A stretch of 64,000 bases of DNA from Pseudomonadota bacterium (GCA_043809315.1 JAZDDX010000016.1:64001-128000), one strand, 5' to 3'. Shown: positions 42,443 to 53,091, counted from the first letter of the stretch. Numbers and translations are program-made. The notes: generated from the sequence alone by a model not told the origin.

Positions 42443-42841
42443 TTAGCGCTTCGAGTACTGGAAACGCTTTCTGGCTCCCGGCTGTCCATACTTCTTGCGT
42501 TCTTTTTTCCTCGCGTCTCTCGTCAAAAGCCCGGCCGCCTTCAGTTTCCCGCGGCATTCCGGATCGGCCTTGCAGAGCGCGCGGGCCACGCCGTGGCGGA
42601 CCGCATCGGCCTGCCCGTTGATCCCGCCGCCGGCCACCCGGGCGAACACATCGTATTTTCCCGTCGTCCCGGACGCCTCGAACGCCGTCGCGACGACCGC
42701 CTGCAAATTCCGGGTCGGGAAGTACTCCTCGACCGCTCTCTCGTTGATCGACATCGTGCCGGTCCCCGGGTTCATGTAGATCCGGGCGACGGCGGTTTTC
42801 CGTTTTCCTGTCGAAGTGAATTTATAAAAAGCTTTTGGCAT
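42443..42841 (-). CDS. rpsI: 30S ribosomal protein S9
   Basis: TGKRKTAVAR and ARKRFQYSKR motifs. Confidence 0.97.
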   Translation of the reverse strand: MPKAFYKFTSTGKRKTAVARIYMNPGTGTMSINERAVEEYFPTRNLQAVVATAFEASGTTGKYDVFARVAGGGINGQADAVRHGVARALCKADPECRGKLKAAGLLTRDARKKERKKYGQPGARKRFQYSKR

Positions 42842-42846
42842 TTCGT

Positions 42847-43287
42847 TTACGCGCTCACGTTCATCGGTTTGGGCTGCTGCGCCTCATGCGGGTGGGACGG
42901 GCCCCGGTAGACCTTCAGTTTCCCGATCACATCCCGGCCGAGTGGCCCTTTGGGGAGCATTCCCCAGACCGCCAGGCGAAACATCTCTTCCACATCGGTG
43001 TCGATCATCTGTTTTGCCGTCTTGGTCACGACGCCGCCGCGGTATCCGGTGTGATGACGGTACAGTTTCTTGTTCAGCTTGTCTCCCGTCAGGGCGACTT
43101 TCTCCGCGTTGACGACAATCACGAAATCACCGCCATCGACATGGGGGGTGAACGTCGGTTTGTCTTTCCCGCGCAGCACGATCGCGATCTGGGAGCACAG
43201 CCGGCCCAGAACCTGGCCGGTAGCGTCCACAACGCGCCAATTTCGTTGCGCTTCTTCCTTCTTTTGCATGTACGTCTTCGTCGGCAT
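42847..43287 (-). CDS. rplM: 50S ribosomal protein L13
   Basis: [17 protein letters not shown] and HPHEAQ motifs. Confidence 0.97.
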   Translation of the reverse strand: MPTKTYMQKKEEAQRNWRVVDATGQVLGRLCSQIAIVLRGKDKPTFTPHVDGGDFVIVVNAEKVALTGDKLNKKLYRHHTGYRGGVVTKTAKQMIDTDVEEMFRLAVWGMLPKGPLGRDVIGKLKVYRGPSHPHEAQQPKPMNVSA

Positions 43288-43324
43288 TTGATCCTCGAAA
43301 AAACGGGCTCTTCTAATAGGTTAG

Positions 43325-44563
43325 CTACCCTATGTCAAGCACCGTCTTGCCGCACTTGATCACGCTCTTGGGGAGGCTCGCACCATAGTGATACGGGATC
43401 TCTTCAGGGGTCTCTGCATCCCAGATCGCAAGATCGGCCAACATCCCGGGACGGATCGCCCCGCGGTCGGTCAAGCCGAGCGCCTGGGCAGCATTTACAG
43501 TCACCCCCCTCCAAATCTCGTCGATCGTCATCTTCATTTCGGAAGCCGCAAACGACATCATGAGCGGAAGATTCTCGGAATACGACGTCCCCGGATTGCA
43601 ATCGGTCGAAAGGGCCACCTTCACTCCGGCATCGAGCAGCTTCCGTGCCGGCGGGTAGTTGTTCTTTCCGAGTGAAAAGACCGCGCCGGGAAGCAATACA
43701 GCCACCGTCCCGCTCTTCGCGAGTGCCCGGATCCCTTTCGTGCTCACGTTCTCGAGATGATCGGCCGAAAGAGCCTCGAACTCTGCCGCCAGCTCCGCCC
43801 CGCCCCCCGCGGAAAGTTGGTCGGCATGGAGTTTCACCTGGAGCCCGAGCTTCTTCGCAGCCTTGAAGATCGTCCGGGTCTCCTCGACCGTGAACGCCCC
43901 TTTGTCACAGAAGACATCGCAGATCCCCGAGAGCTTCTGCATCGAAACCTGCGGCAACATCTCTTCACAAACCAGCTTCACGTAAGCATCCCGCCGCTTC
44001 CGGTACTCCCGCGGAACGGCATGTGCCCCCAGGAACGTCGGGATGACGTCGATCGTGTGCCGGATCTCCTGGATCAGGCAAAGCATCCGCATCTCCCCCA
44101 ACGCCGAAAGACCGTACCCGCTCTTCACCTCGATCGTCGTCACGCCGAACTTCAGGAATCGATCCAGACGGCGGCGCGTCTCGTCCAGCACCTGACCGTC
44201 AGCCGCCTCGTCGGTCGCCTCCGTCGTCCGCTGGATCCCGCCCCCCCGCTTCGCGATTTCCTCGTATGACTCGCCGGATAGGCGCGCGAAGAACTCGTCG
44301 GCGCGCTGGCCCGCGAACAGGGCGTGTGTGTGACAGTCGATCAATCCCGGGGTGAGAAGCTTCCCCCCCGCATCGACCTCTGTCCCCTCGGAATGCTGCG
44401 ACCGGTGTTTCTTTCGGTGCCCGACCCAGAGGATCTCCCGCCCGGCGATCGCCACGACGGCGTCGGAGACGATCCCCATCGCCCCCCCCCCTTTCTTGGG
44501 GTCGAACGTGAGGCAGTTCCCGATGTTCGTGATGAGAAGAGTCGGCTGTTTCGGATCGGTCAT
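43325..44563 (-). CDS. hutI: Imidazolonepropionase
   Basis: [18 protein letters not shown] and STDCNPG motifs. Confidence 0.95.
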   Translation of the reverse strand: MTDPKQPTLLITNIGNCLTFDPKKGGGAMGIVSDAVVAIAGREILWVGHRKKHRSQHSEGTEVDAGGKLLTPGLIDCHTHALFAGQRADEFFARLSGESYEEIAKRGGGIQRTTEATDEAADGQVLDETRRRLDRFLKFGVTTIEVKSGYGLSALGEMRMLCLIQEIRHTIDVIPTFLGAHAVPREYRKRRDAYVKLVCEEMLPQVSMQKLSGICDVFCDKGAFTVEETRTIFKAAKKLGLQVKLHADQLSAGGGAELAAEFEALSADHLENVSTKGIRALAKSGTVAVLLPGAVFSLGKNNYPPARKLLDAGVKVALSTDCNPGTSYSENLPLMMSFAASEMKMTIDEIWRGVTVNAAQALGLTDRGAIRPGMLADLAIWDAETPEEIPYHYGASLPKSVIKCGKTVLDIG

Positions 44564-46203
44564 CGCGCGAGATCCACATTCTTCGTTTTCGCCGTCGACA
44601 ACGCCTCTTCGTACCCGGCGTCGGCGTGACGGATGACCCCGAGAGCGGGGTCGGTCGTCAGAACCCGCTCAAGACGTTTCGCCATCGACGGAGTTCCGTC
44701 CGCCACCGCGACCATACCCGCATGGATCGAGTATCCGATCCCGACCCCGCCCCCGTGATGGACCGAAACCCACGAAGCACCGCTCGCAACGTTCGCCATT
44801 GCATTCAGGATCGGCCAGTCGGCGATCGCATCACTCCCGTCCTTCATCCCTTCCGTCTCCCGGTTGGGCGAAGCGACCGAACCGCAGTCGAGGTGATCTC
44901 GGCCAATCACGATCGGTGCCGCAACCTCTTTCTTCGCCACCAGTTCGTTGAAGCAAGCTCCCGCCTTGGCCCGATCGCCGTACCCGAGCCAGCAGATCCG
45001 GGCCGGAAGCCCCTGGAACTTCACCCGTTCCGTCGCAAGGCGGATCCAGCGGGCCAACCCCTCGTCCTCCGGGAAGAGATCCAGAATCGCACGGTCGGTT
45101 CGCGCGAGATCGGCCGGATCCCCCGAGAGAACCGCCCAGCGAAACGGCCCCTTCCCCTCGCAGAAGAGCGGGCGGATATAGGCCGGGACAAAGCCGGGGA
45201 AGTCGAACGCGTTTTCGACGCCGGCGATCTGCGCCTGCGCACGGATGTTGTTCCCGTAATCGAAAACGTGCGAACCCTTTTTCTTCATCTCCAGCATCGC
45301 CCGGACCTGGACCGCCATCGATTCCTGGGCACGACGCACATATTCTTTCGGACTCTTCCGACGAAGTTCCGCCGCTTCCGCAAGCGTCAGTTTCTGCGGG
45401 ATATATCCGTCGAGAGGGTCGTGGGCCGACGTTTGATCGGTCACGAGGTCGGGGGTGATCCCGCGTCGAACCAGCTCCGCGTACAGATCGGCGGCATTCG
45501 CTTCCACCGCGATCGAAAGAGGGCGTTTCTCCTTCCGGGCTTTCTCCGCACGAGCAAGAGCATCCTCGAGGGAGTCGGCTCGCTCGTCGAGGTAGCCCGT
45601 CTTGAGCCTTCGTTCGATCCGAATCGGATCGATCTCGACGCCGAGAAAGACGCCGCCGTTCATCGTGACGGCGAGAGGCTGGGCTCCCCCCATCCCTCCC
45701 AGTCCTCCGGAGAGGATAAGTTTCCCCGAAAGATCGGAACGAAAATGTTTTTTGGCCGCAGCGGCAAACGTCTCGTACGTCCCCTGGAGGATCCCTTGTG
45801 TCCCGATGTAGATCCAGCTCCCCGCCGTCATCTGGCCGTACATCGTGAGTCCCATCGCCTCGAGCTTCCAGAACTCCTCCCAGGTCGCCCATTTCGGAAC
45901 GAGCATCGAGTTCGAGATCAGAACGCGAGGAGACTCCGGCGTCGTCCGGACGATCCCGACGGCGCGCCCCGATTGGACCAGAAGGGTCTCGTCGTTTTCG
46001 AGCCTTCGGAGAGCGGCGACGATCCGATCGAAATCAGGCCAGCTCCGAGCAGCCTTCCCGGTCCCGCCGTAGACGATCAACTCCTCCGGCTTCTCCGCCA
46101 CCTCGGGATCGAGGTTGTTTTGGAGCATCCGAAGCGCCGCCTCTTGGTGCCACCCCTTGCAGCTCAGTGACGTACCTCGGGGTGCTCGAACTGTACGTGC
46201 CAT
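44560..46203 (-). CDS. hutU: Urocanate hydratase
   Basis: [23 protein letters not shown] and HHGGGVG motifs. Confidence 0.97.
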   Translation of the reverse strand: MARTVRAPRGTSLSCKGWHQEAALRMLQNNLDPEVAEKPEELIVYGGTGKAARSWPDFDRIVAALRRLENDETLLVQSGRAVGIVRTTPESPRVLISNSMLVPKWATWEEFWKLEAMGLTMYGQMTAGSWIYIGTQGILQGTYETFAAAAKKHFRSDLSGKLILSGGLGGMGGAQPLAVTMNGGVFLGVEIDPIRIERRLKTGYLDERADSLEDALARAEKARKEKRPLSIAVEANAADLYAELVRRGITPDLVTDQTSAHDPLDGYIPQKLTLAEAAELRRKSPKEYVRRAQESMAVQVRAMLEMKKKGSHVFDYGNNIRAQAQIAGVENAFDFPGFVPAYIRPLFCEGKGPFRWAVLSGDPADLARTDRAILDLFPEDEGLARWIRLATERVKFQGLPARICWLGYGDRAKAGACFNELVAKKEVAAPIVIGRDHLDCGSVASPNRETEGMKDGSDAIADWPILNAMANVASGASWVSVHHGGGVGIGYSIHAGMVAVADGTPSMAKRLERVLTTDPALGVIRHADAGYEEALSTAKTKNVDLAR

Positions 46204-46216
46204 CTCCGTTTCCTTT

Positions 46217-46651
46217 CTACGAACCGTTGCACGAGAGCGAACCGATAAAGTCGGTCACCGCTCCGCCCCTTCCGGTTCCGATCGCGACGACGGTCCCCGC
46301 CGCCGGGAGCTTCACCCCTTTCGATCCGAGGTCGAAGCTTAAGGACCCTGAAACCGTCCCGTTCGCCGGGATCGTGAGAGATCCGAACTGCGCCTCCAGT
46401 TGGATCGAATCGAGCGCGAAATCGGTTTTCGCCCCATCCGCTCCGGTGAAGAAGACCTCCAGCGACACGAGAGACATGGAGTGCCCCGAGATCTCCGCGA
46501 TCGTCGCCGTACTGGTGCAGATACCCGACGCGACCGTCGCGGGGTTCGGGGAGAACGTGACCGACGAGATCCCCGAAGCCGAAGTTCCTTTTCCACAGGA
46601 GGCTGCGCCGGAAGCGGCAAGAAGAATCCAAATGGCGCCACGGCCTCGCAT
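46217..46651 (-). CDS. Hypothetical lipoprotein, beta-rich
   Basis: Signal peptide with AASC lipobox; fills the gap upstream of hutU. Confidence 0.6.
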   Translation of the reverse strand: MRGRGAIWILLAASGAASCGKGTSASGISSVTFSPNPATVASGICTSTATIAEISGHSMSLVSLEVFFTGADGAKTDFALDSIQLEAQFGSLTIPANGTVSGSLSFDLGSKGVKLPAAGTVVAIGTGRGGAVTDFIGSLSCNGS

Positions 46652-46739
46652 GCAAACGGCCTTATACCATTACGCTTGACACCTCCAAAGCGTGCCTCCT
46701 AACATGCGCCCCGGCTTCAGCACTGGGGCGAATCAGGAA

Positions 46740-47021
46740 ATGACGAAAGCGGAGTTCATTGAGCGGGTATTCAGGGACAATCGTCCGCGGAGGATTCCAC
46801 GTGTGGCGATCGCCGAGATGGTGGAAGCCGCGTTCGAACTGATCGCCAAGGGGGTCAAGCGGGACGGGAAGTTCACTTATCCGGGATTCGGGGCCTTCCT
46901 GCTTAGGAAGCGGAACGCCCGGGCCGGGCGGAACCCGAAGACCGGTGAACCTCTCACGATTCCGGCCAACCAGACCGCTTCGTTCCGTGCGGCTCCGAAA
47001 TTGAGACAGTCCCTTCGTTGA
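46740..47021 (+). CDS. HU/IHF-family DNA-binding protein
   Basis: MTKAE, PGFGAF and GRNPKTGE motifs. Confidence 0.9.
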   Translation: MTKAEFIERVFRDNRPRRIPRVAIAEMVEAAFELIAKGVKRDGKFTYPGFGAFLLRKRNARAGRNPKTGEPLTIPANQTASFRAAPKLRQSLR

Positions 47022-47058
47022 GCCGCTTCTCCCGGTGTGCTAGCCTCACCGGGACCCG

Positions 47059-48723
47059 ATGATCGAGCTTTCCCTCTTCAAAATGGACGAGGAAGTCATG
47101 AAGTACTTCCTCAACAAAGAGACCACCACGATCGGGCGCGCCAGCACCAACGACATCTGCCTGCCCGACCCCGCGATCTCCCGGACCCACTTCGTGATCC
47201 TGCGCGCGGAAGAACGGTACGTCGCCACCGACCAGTCGACGAACGGGACGTTCGTGAACGAACAACGGATCTCCAGCCACGAACTCAAGATCAACGACGT
47301 GATCCGCGTTGGGACCTGGACGATCCGGTTCGGATCGGCCAAGTCCGAGGAGGCGGAAGCTACCGACGTGGGGTTCCGCGATCCGACCCGCGTCCTCTCC
47401 TACCGCCCGGACCGGAGCGAGTTGGTCTGCGAGCGGGGGATGATCGAACTCCAGACCACCCCCAAGAAGACGATCGCGATCACGAGATCGATGACGACGA
47501 TCGGAAAAGCGAAATCGAACCACATCGTCCTCGGCGATGACTTCGCTTCGAACTACCATTGCCGGATCGACAACCGGAAGGGGACCTATTTCCTGAAAGA
47601 TCTCCAGAGCACGAACGGAACCAAATTGAACGGACAGAAGATCATCGAAGCCGCGCTGGCGTTCAATTCGGTGATCGAGATCGGGCGAACGCGCCTCCGC
47701 TTCTTCTCCGCCGAAGAGGTCCAAACACTGGAACCGGCCCGGGAGGCTGATTTCGAAGGGATGCATTCCGATCATCCGAGAATGCGCGAGATCTTCGCCC
47801 TGATCCGGCGGATCGCCCCGTCGGACGCCACGGCTTTGATCCAGGGGGAGTCCGGAACCGGGAAAGAACTTGTAGCGCGGGCGATCCACAACGCAAGCGG
47901 CCGAGACAAGAGAAAGTTCGTCGCCATCAACTGCAGCGCCATCTCGAAAGATCTGATCGAGAGCGAGCTGTTCGGGCACGAGAAGGGGGCGTTCACCTCG
48001 GCCCACCAGCAACGCCACGGGGTCTTCGAACAGGCGAACGGCGGTACCCTCCTACTGGACGAGATCGGCGAGATGCCGCTCGATCTCCAGCCGAAACTGC
48101 TGCGCACACTCGAAACCGGAGAGATCAAGCGGGTCGGCGGCACGACGCTGATCCATGTCGATGTCCGGATCGTGGCCGCAACCAACAAAGACCTCTCCGC
48201 GGAGGTCCGGAAGGGGCGGTTCCGGGAGGATCTCTTCTTCCGCCTGTTCGTGGTACCGATCCAGGTGCCGCCGCTTCGCGAGCGGCCACGGGACATCCCT
48301 CTCCTGGTCGAGTCATTCCTCGAACAGGAGTTGGCGAAGCAAAAAGGGAAGCAGGTCCGGAAGATCGACCCGCAGGCGATGGATCTCCTGATGGATTACA
48401 CCTGGCCGGGGAACGTGCGCGAACTCAAGAACGTGATCAGCCGCGCGGTCCTCGACTGCCGCACCGAAACGATCGGTGCGGGGGACCTGCAGTTCGCCCC
48501 GGCGGGAACGCGGGAACGGACCGCGTACGAATACGACGGCACGCAGAACGAGCCTCAGACCTTCACGAAGACGCTCCGGGACGTCGAGAAGGATCGGATT
48601 CTCCAGGAACTCGAACGACAGAACTGGAACAAAAAAGCGACCGCCCGGACCTTAGGGATCGCGAAGTCGACCCTACACGAGAAGCTCAAGCGCTACGGGA
48701 TCACGGACAAAGAAGAAGACTAG
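47059..48723 (+). CDS. FHA-FHA-AAA+-HTH sigma54 enhancer-binding protein
   Basis: Two FHA domains (IGR...SR.H...STNGT; IGK...S..H...STNGT), GESGTGKE, GAFTSA, WPGNVREL and C-terminal HTH. Confidence 0.92.
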   Translation: MIELSLFKMDEEVMKYFLNKETTTIGRASTNDICLPDPAISRTHFVILRAEERYVATDQSTNGTFVNEQRISSHELKINDVIRVGTWTIRFGSAKSEEAEATDVGFRDPTRVLSYRPDRSELVCERGMIELQTTPKKTIAITRSMTTIGKAKSNHIVLGDDFASNYHCRIDNRKGTYFLKDLQSTNGTKLNGQKIIEAALAFNSVIEIGRTRLRFFSAEEVQTLEPAREADFEGMHSDHPRMREIFALIRRIAPSDATALIQGESGTGKELVARAIHNASGRDKRKFVAINCSAISKDLIESELFGHEKGAFTSAHQQRHGVFEQANGGTLLLDEIGEMPLDLQPKLLRTLETGEIKRVGGTTLIHVDVRIVAATNKDLSAEVRKGRFREDLFFRLFVVPIQVPPLRERPRDIPLLVESFLEQELAKQKGKQVRKIDPQAMDLLMDYTWPGNVRELKNVISRAVLDCRTETIGAGDLQFAPAGTRERTAYEYDGTQNEPQTFTKTLRDVEKDRILQELERQNWNKKATARTLGIAKSTLHEKLKRYGITDKEED

Positions 48724-48728
48724 CTTCG

Positions 48729-49013
48729 CTATTTGTTCAACGATTGTTTGAGCGCCGCCGAGGGACGGAACAGGACACTCTTCGACGCCGCGAAGACGGT
48801 CTCCTGACCGGTCTGCGGGTTCCGCCCTTTCCGCTCTTTTCTCTTGCGGACGAGGAACGTGCCGAATCCGGGATAGGAGAAACGTCGGCCACGGCGGATC
48901 GCCAGCGCGAGGTTGTCGAACATGCTTTCCACCAGGTCGGAGGCGGCGGCCTTCGAAAGATTCCTGCGTTTGCAGCTCACCACCAGTTTCTCGACCAAAT
49001 CCTGTTTCGTCAT
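48729..49013 (-). CDS. HU/IHF-family DNA-binding protein
   Basis: MTKQDL, PGFGTF and GRNPQTG motifs. Confidence 0.9.
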   Translation of the reverse strand: MTKQDLVEKLVVSCKRRNLSKAAASDLVESMFDNLALAIRRGRRFSYPGFGTFLVRKRKERKGRNPQTGQETVFAASKSVLFRPSAALKQSLNK

Positions 49014-49094
49014 GACCCTCGCGCCGTATATCGGAGGGTCGCCGGGGGTGTCAAGGCGTTGGACCGGGACTCGGCCTGGTGTATGATACCGGCG

Positions 49095-49613
49095 ATGCGA
49101 ATCGACCGCCGCTCCATCGCCCTGGTTCTTTCCCTTTCCCTCCTCCCCGCCTGCGCCTCCAAGAACTTCCGCGAACCGGAAGCGAGCGGAGATACGGAAA
49201 CCTCCGTCGCCCGTACGTTCCAGCGCAGCTACACCGACGTCTGGAACGCCGCCATCGGCGCCTTGGGGGAGAAGAAATACGCGATCGCCACCTCGAAGCG
49301 TGAAGGGGGCGTTCTCATCACCGACTGGATTTCCGGGAAATCAGACCGACTCTTCTCCGGGTATGGCGACACGCGGATTCCCTATTCGGTCCGCTTCCGG
49401 ATGACGCTCAAACTGACCCCGACCCGGGACGGCGTCCGCGTCGCGGTCCGGAACGAGGAGCAGTACCTTTCGGACGTGATTACGGCGGGAACCGACTTCA
49501 CCGGATCGCTCTACCAGTGGATCGGCACACAGAGTTCGGGCGCGAAGGAGAGTTCGCTCCTCGCGAGCCTGGCGGAATCGATTTCAGCGTCCAGCCCGAG
49601 GGAAAAGAAATAA
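49095..49613 (+). CDS. Lipoprotein (BamC-like fold possible)
   Basis: LPAC lipobox; VWNAA...L...GVLITDW pattern. Confidence 0.7.
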   Translation: MRIDRRSIALVLSLSLLPACASKNFREPEASGDTETSVARTFQRSYTDVWNAAIGALGEKKYAIATSKREGGVLITDWISGKSDRLFSGYGDTRIPYSVRFRMTLKLTPTRDGVRVAVRNEEQYLSDVITAGTDFTGSLYQWIGTQSSGAKESSLLASLAESISASSPREKK

Positions 49614-51097
49614 CGGCCCCGGCGACGGAAAACCCGCGGTTCGGGAAGTACTCGCTCCTCGCGAAGCTCGGCTCCGGCGGGATGGCTGAAGTCTTCAAGG
49701 CCTCCCTCATCAACAAGCCCGACTACATCATCGCGATCAAACGGATTCTCCCCCAGTTCTCCCGGCACCGGGAGCTGGTGAACATGCTGGTGGCGGAAGC
49801 GGGGCTCACGACCGGCCTCGCTCACCCCAACATCGTCCCGATTCTCGATTTCGGAGCGGTCGGCGACATCTACTTCATCGCCATGGAGTACATCCACGGC
49901 AAGGACTTGAAGTCGATCATCATCCGCCTCAAAACGAGAAAGGCGGAGTTCCCGATCCCGCTCGCGATCCACGTGATGACCCAAGTCCTGCGGGGCCTCG
50001 ATTACGCCCATCACAAGTGCGACAAGTACGGAAAGGCGCTGCAACTCGTTCACCGCGACATCTCGCCGCAAAACGTGATGATCTCGTTCACCGGAACGAT
50101 CAAGATCCTCGACTTCGGGATCGCGAAGGCGGGCACCCGCTCCCGTGACACCGAGAGCGGGATCCTGAAGGGGAAGTTCTCCTACATGTCCCCCGAGCAG
50201 GCGTACGGGGAGAACGTCGACCCGCGCACCGACGTCTTCGCGGCCGGGATCGTCCTCTGGGAGCTCCTGACCCTCAAGTACTGCTTCGACGGGGAAACCG
50301 ATCTCGATTTACTCCGGAACGTGCGGGCCGCGCGCGTACGCAATCCATCCTCGGTCAACAAGAAGGTGCCGCCCGAGCTTTCGGAGATCGTCTTGAAGGC
50401 GCTCGAGCGGAAGCCGAGAAAACGGTATTCCAGCGCCGGCGAATTCGCCGACGCTCTCGAGACCTATCAGAAGGATCGCTTCGGAGTTCTGACCGAGGCC
50501 GACACCGCGGCCTTTCTTCGGAGCCTGTACGACGTATCCCTTCATGAGGTCGAGACCCCCGCAGTCGCTTACCGCGTTCCCGATCCTCCTTCGGGAGAGC
50601 AGGCGATCTCGGCCTCCTTCCGGGCCCCATGGGTCCGTAGGGCCCCGGAGTGGCTCGCACAGATCCCGAAATCGGTTTTCGTCATTCTGGCCGTCATCTT
50701 GTTGTTCCGGATCGTTTCGCCGGGGAAGATCTTTCTCCGGTACGACCGGACCGTGGTGAACATGGCCGCCCGCTTCCACGCCTGGCGCCGATCGAACACC
50801 GCCGCCCCTCCCGAAGCCCCCCCCTCGTCGGGGGCTTCCGGTAGCCAGCCTTTCTACACGGTCCAGATCGCCCCCGGCGCCCAGCGGATCCTGGACGACC
50901 TCCCGTTCGAAACGTTCGAACGGCTGCGGGATTTCATCACCGACCTCTCGGCCGACCCGAGGCCGCGCGGAGTACGGGCGATTCCGGAACGCCCCTCCTC
51001 GTTCGGCGTACCGATTTCAGGATTCCGGATTGTTTATCAGATGAACGATCTTCCGCGGACCATCACGGTCGAGCAGGTTCAAAAAACGGCCCCGTGA
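49517..51097 (+). CDS. Hanks-type Ser/Thr protein kinase with a hydrophobic segment and C-terminal RelE/ParE-like domain (start uncertain: GTG 49517 or ATA 49610)
   Basis: GSGGMAEV, AIK, HRDISPQN, DFG, GKFSYMSPEQ and DVFAAG motifs; the last ~80 aa align by eye with the RelE at 40507. Confidence 0.9.
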   Translation: MDRHTEFGREGEFAPREPGGIDFSVQPEGKEITAPATENPRFGKYSLLAKLGSGGMAEVFKASLINKPDYIIAIKRILPQFSRHRELVNMLVAEAGLTTGLAHPNIVPILDFGAVGDIYFIAMEYIHGKDLKSIIIRLKTRKAEFPIPLAIHVMTQVLRGLDYAHHKCDKYGKALQLVHRDISPQNVMISFTGTIKILDFGIAKAGTRSRDTESGILKGKFSYMSPEQAYGENVDPRTDVFAAGIVLWELLTLKYCFDGETDLDLLRNVRAARVRNPSSVNKKVPPELSEIVLKALERKPRKRYSSAGEFADALETYQKDRFGVLTEADTAAFLRSLYDVSLHEVETPAVAYRVPDPPSGEQAISASFRAPWVRRAPEWLAQIPKSVFVILAVILLFRIVSPGKIFLRYDRTVVNMAARFHAWRRSNTAAPPEAPPSSGASGSQPFYTVQIAPGAQRILDDLPFETFERLRDFITDLSADPRPRGVRAIPERPSSFGVPISGFRIVYQMNDLPRTITVEQVQKTAP

Positions 51098-51100
51098 AGA

Positions 51101-51952
51101 TCAGTGGAGGGGGTGCGCCTCTCCCCATTTCGACCAGTGCTCGACACATTTCTCGCTCTGCGCGTCCGGACCGGCGAGAGCCGCGTCCGGTGAGAGCTTG
51201 GTGAGCGCACCGCAAGCGCGGAGTCGTATTTCGAGTTCACTTTCACGAAGAACGGCCAACAACGCGGAAACCGCCTTCTTGTCGCCGATCGAGCCAAGCG
51301 CATCGACGATCCGGCCGCGGATCCAGAGGCTCCGCCCCCGGTAGAAGTTTCGAGGGGCACCGAGCTCTTTGACGAGATCCGGGATCGAATCCCCGTCTTT
51401 CAACGCTTCGAGGGAATCAACTGCCTTGCATCGGACGACCATCGCCCGGTCGGAAAGAGCCGGCCGGAGCAGTGCGGCCACCGAGGAGTCCCCCCGCGAC
51501 GTCAGCGCCTGAATCGCCGCCATTCGGATCAGGAATAGAGAGTCGGTCATCCCTTTCTCGAGTGCTTCCCGCGCCGTTTTGGTCCCGAGGCGGCCGAGCG
51601 CGATCCCGACGATCCATCTCGCCTGCCAGGAAGCGGAGGCGTCCTGGAACAGGGAGACGAGCGGGGGGACGGCGGGGGTCCCAAGATCGACGATCTCGGA
51701 CAGCTGTTCCGGGTAGTCACTTCCGGACGGAACGGTGGCGAGGATCGCGCGGATCTTTCCCGCGAGGTCGACTGCCGGAGCCGGTTTTTCCGTGCGCTCC
51801 GGTTCCGCGGTACTCGGAACCGCCGTCGGCGTCCCGGCATCGATCATCGTCTCGGGATCGCCGAAGCGGAGCGGCGCCTCTTCGACCGCGAGCGCCGAAA
51901 AAGAAACGAGGAGGGCCACTTGAAAAACCGCTCTCTTCCCTCTAAGGTCCAT
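51101..51952 (-). CDS. HEAT/PBS-lyase repeat protein, probably exported (start uncertain)
   Basis: Repeated R..A..ALG.LG helical units; hydrophobic N-terminal segment. Confidence 0.75.
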   Translation of the reverse strand: MDLRGKRAVFQVALLVSFSALAVEEAPLRFGDPETMIDAGTPTAVPSTAEPERTEKPAPAVDLAGKIRAILATVPSGSDYPEQLSEIVDLGTPAVPPLVSLFQDASASWQARWIVGIALGRLGTKTAREALEKGMTDSLFLIRMAAIQALTSRGDSSVAALLRPALSDRAMVVRCKAVDSLEALKDGDSIPDLVKELGAPRNFYRGRSLWIRGRIVDALGSIGDKKAVSALLAVLRESELEIRLRACGALTKLSPDAALAGPDAQSEKCVEHWSKWGEAHPLH

Positions 51953-51956
51953 CGCC

Positions 51957-52901
51957 ATGATCAAGCTCCTTCTGGCACGGCCGCGCGGGTTCTGCGCCGG
52001 CGTCGTGCGCGCCATCGACACCGTCGAGCTGGCGCTCAAACATTTCGGGACGCCATTGTACGTCCGGAAGGAGATCGTGCACAACCAGGCTGTGGTGCAG
52101 GAGTTTCGCAAACGGGGGGTGCAGTTCATCGACGAGCTGAACGAGGCTCCCAAGGGGAGCCGCGTGATCTTCAGCGCCCACGGGGTATCTCCCGCGGTCC
52201 GGGAGGAGGCGGAGCTGCGCAACCTGAACGTCATCGACGCCACCTGCCCTCTCGTGACCAAAGTCCATGCGGAGGTTCATCGCTTCCGCAAGAACGGGTA
52301 CTCCATCATCCTGGTCGGACACGAGGAGCACGAAGAGGTCCAAGGAACGATGGGGGAAGCCCCCGAGGCGATTCGAGTGGTCGGTTCCGTCGAGGATGTC
52401 GAAAAGGTGACGGTTCCCAATCCGTCGAGAGTGGTCGCACTGACACAGACCACGCTCTCGGTCGACGAGACCCGCGACATCATCGACGCCCTCCGGAAGA
52501 AGTTCCCGAAGCTCGAATGTCCGGCCAAAGAGGATATCTGTTATGCGACCCAGAACCGGCAGGACGCAGTCAAGATCCTGGTCGGGAAAGGGATCGATCT
52601 TCTCCTCGTCGTCGGATCGAAAAACAGCTCGAACTCGAAGCGACTCTGCGAGGTGGCGCGCGCCTTGGGGGTCGAAGCGCACCTGATCGACCGTGCGTCC
52701 GAGATCGAAAAGAAGTGGCTCGCCGGAAAAACGAAACTGGGTTTGACGGCGGGGGCCTCGGCCCCGGAATACCTGGTTGCCGATGTCGTTCGATACCTGG
52801 AATCGGCCGGCGCGGTGACGGAAGAGCTGGATCTGGTCGAGGAGCACGTGAGCTTCGCGCTTCCGGTCGAGATGAGCGAGATGCTCAACATCCCGCGATA
52901 G
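51957..52901 (+). CDS. ispH: 4-hydroxy-3-methylbut-2-enyl diphosphate reductase
   Basis: PRGFCAGV, DATCPLV, DICYATQNRQ and SSNS motifs. Confidence 0.96.
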   Translation: MIKLLLARPRGFCAGVVRAIDTVELALKHFGTPLYVRKEIVHNQAVVQEFRKRGVQFIDELNEAPKGSRVIFSAHGVSPAVREEAELRNLNVIDATCPLVTKVHAEVHRFRKNGYSIILVGHEEHEEVQGTMGEAPEAIRVVGSVEDVEKVTVPNPSRVVALTQTTLSVDETRDIIDALRKKFPKLECPAKEDICYATQNRQDAVKILVGKGIDLLLVVGSKNSSNSKRLCEVARALGVEAHLIDRASEIEKKWLAGKTKLGLTAGASAPEYLVADVVRYLESAGAVTEELDLVEEHVSFALPVEMSEMLNIPR

Positions 52902-52916
52902 ATTTCGAAACAGCAC

Positions 52917-52953
52917 AAAAGAAAAGAGGCCTCTTCAAGAAGGCCCCTTTTCT
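52917..52953. terminator. Bidirectional Rho-independent terminator
   Basis: AGAAAAGAGGCCT-N8-AGGCCCCTTTTCT hairpin with T-rich tails on both strands. Confidence 0.8.
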
Positions 52954-53081
52954 CTCAGCTTCTGCCTAGCAATAATCTTTAGCTTCAGCCCAGGACTGCC
53001 CTTCCCCCCGGAGGCAGTTTCTGCTGGGGGCTCCTGAAAGTCTCTCTCCCGTCCAAGAGCCCCCTGCTTCCCCGTTATGCG
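52917..53081 (-). ncRNA. Candidate sigma54-dependent small RNA, ~165 nt, three hairpins
   Basis: Bounded by a sigma54 promoter and a terminator; hairpins at 53026-53064, 52995-53018 and 52920-52953; no ATG-initiated ORF on this strand. Confidence 0.65.
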
Positions 53082-53091
53082 CGATTTAAAC

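Noticed and set aside
51101-52261. 386-aa version of the HEAT protein
   Set aside because: The first ~100 codons are antisense to ispH; the start was moved to about 51952.
52985-53056. 23-codon TTG ORF inside the sRNA candidate
   Set aside because: Weak start with poor SD spacing, sequestered in the first hairpin; kept only as an alternative explanation.
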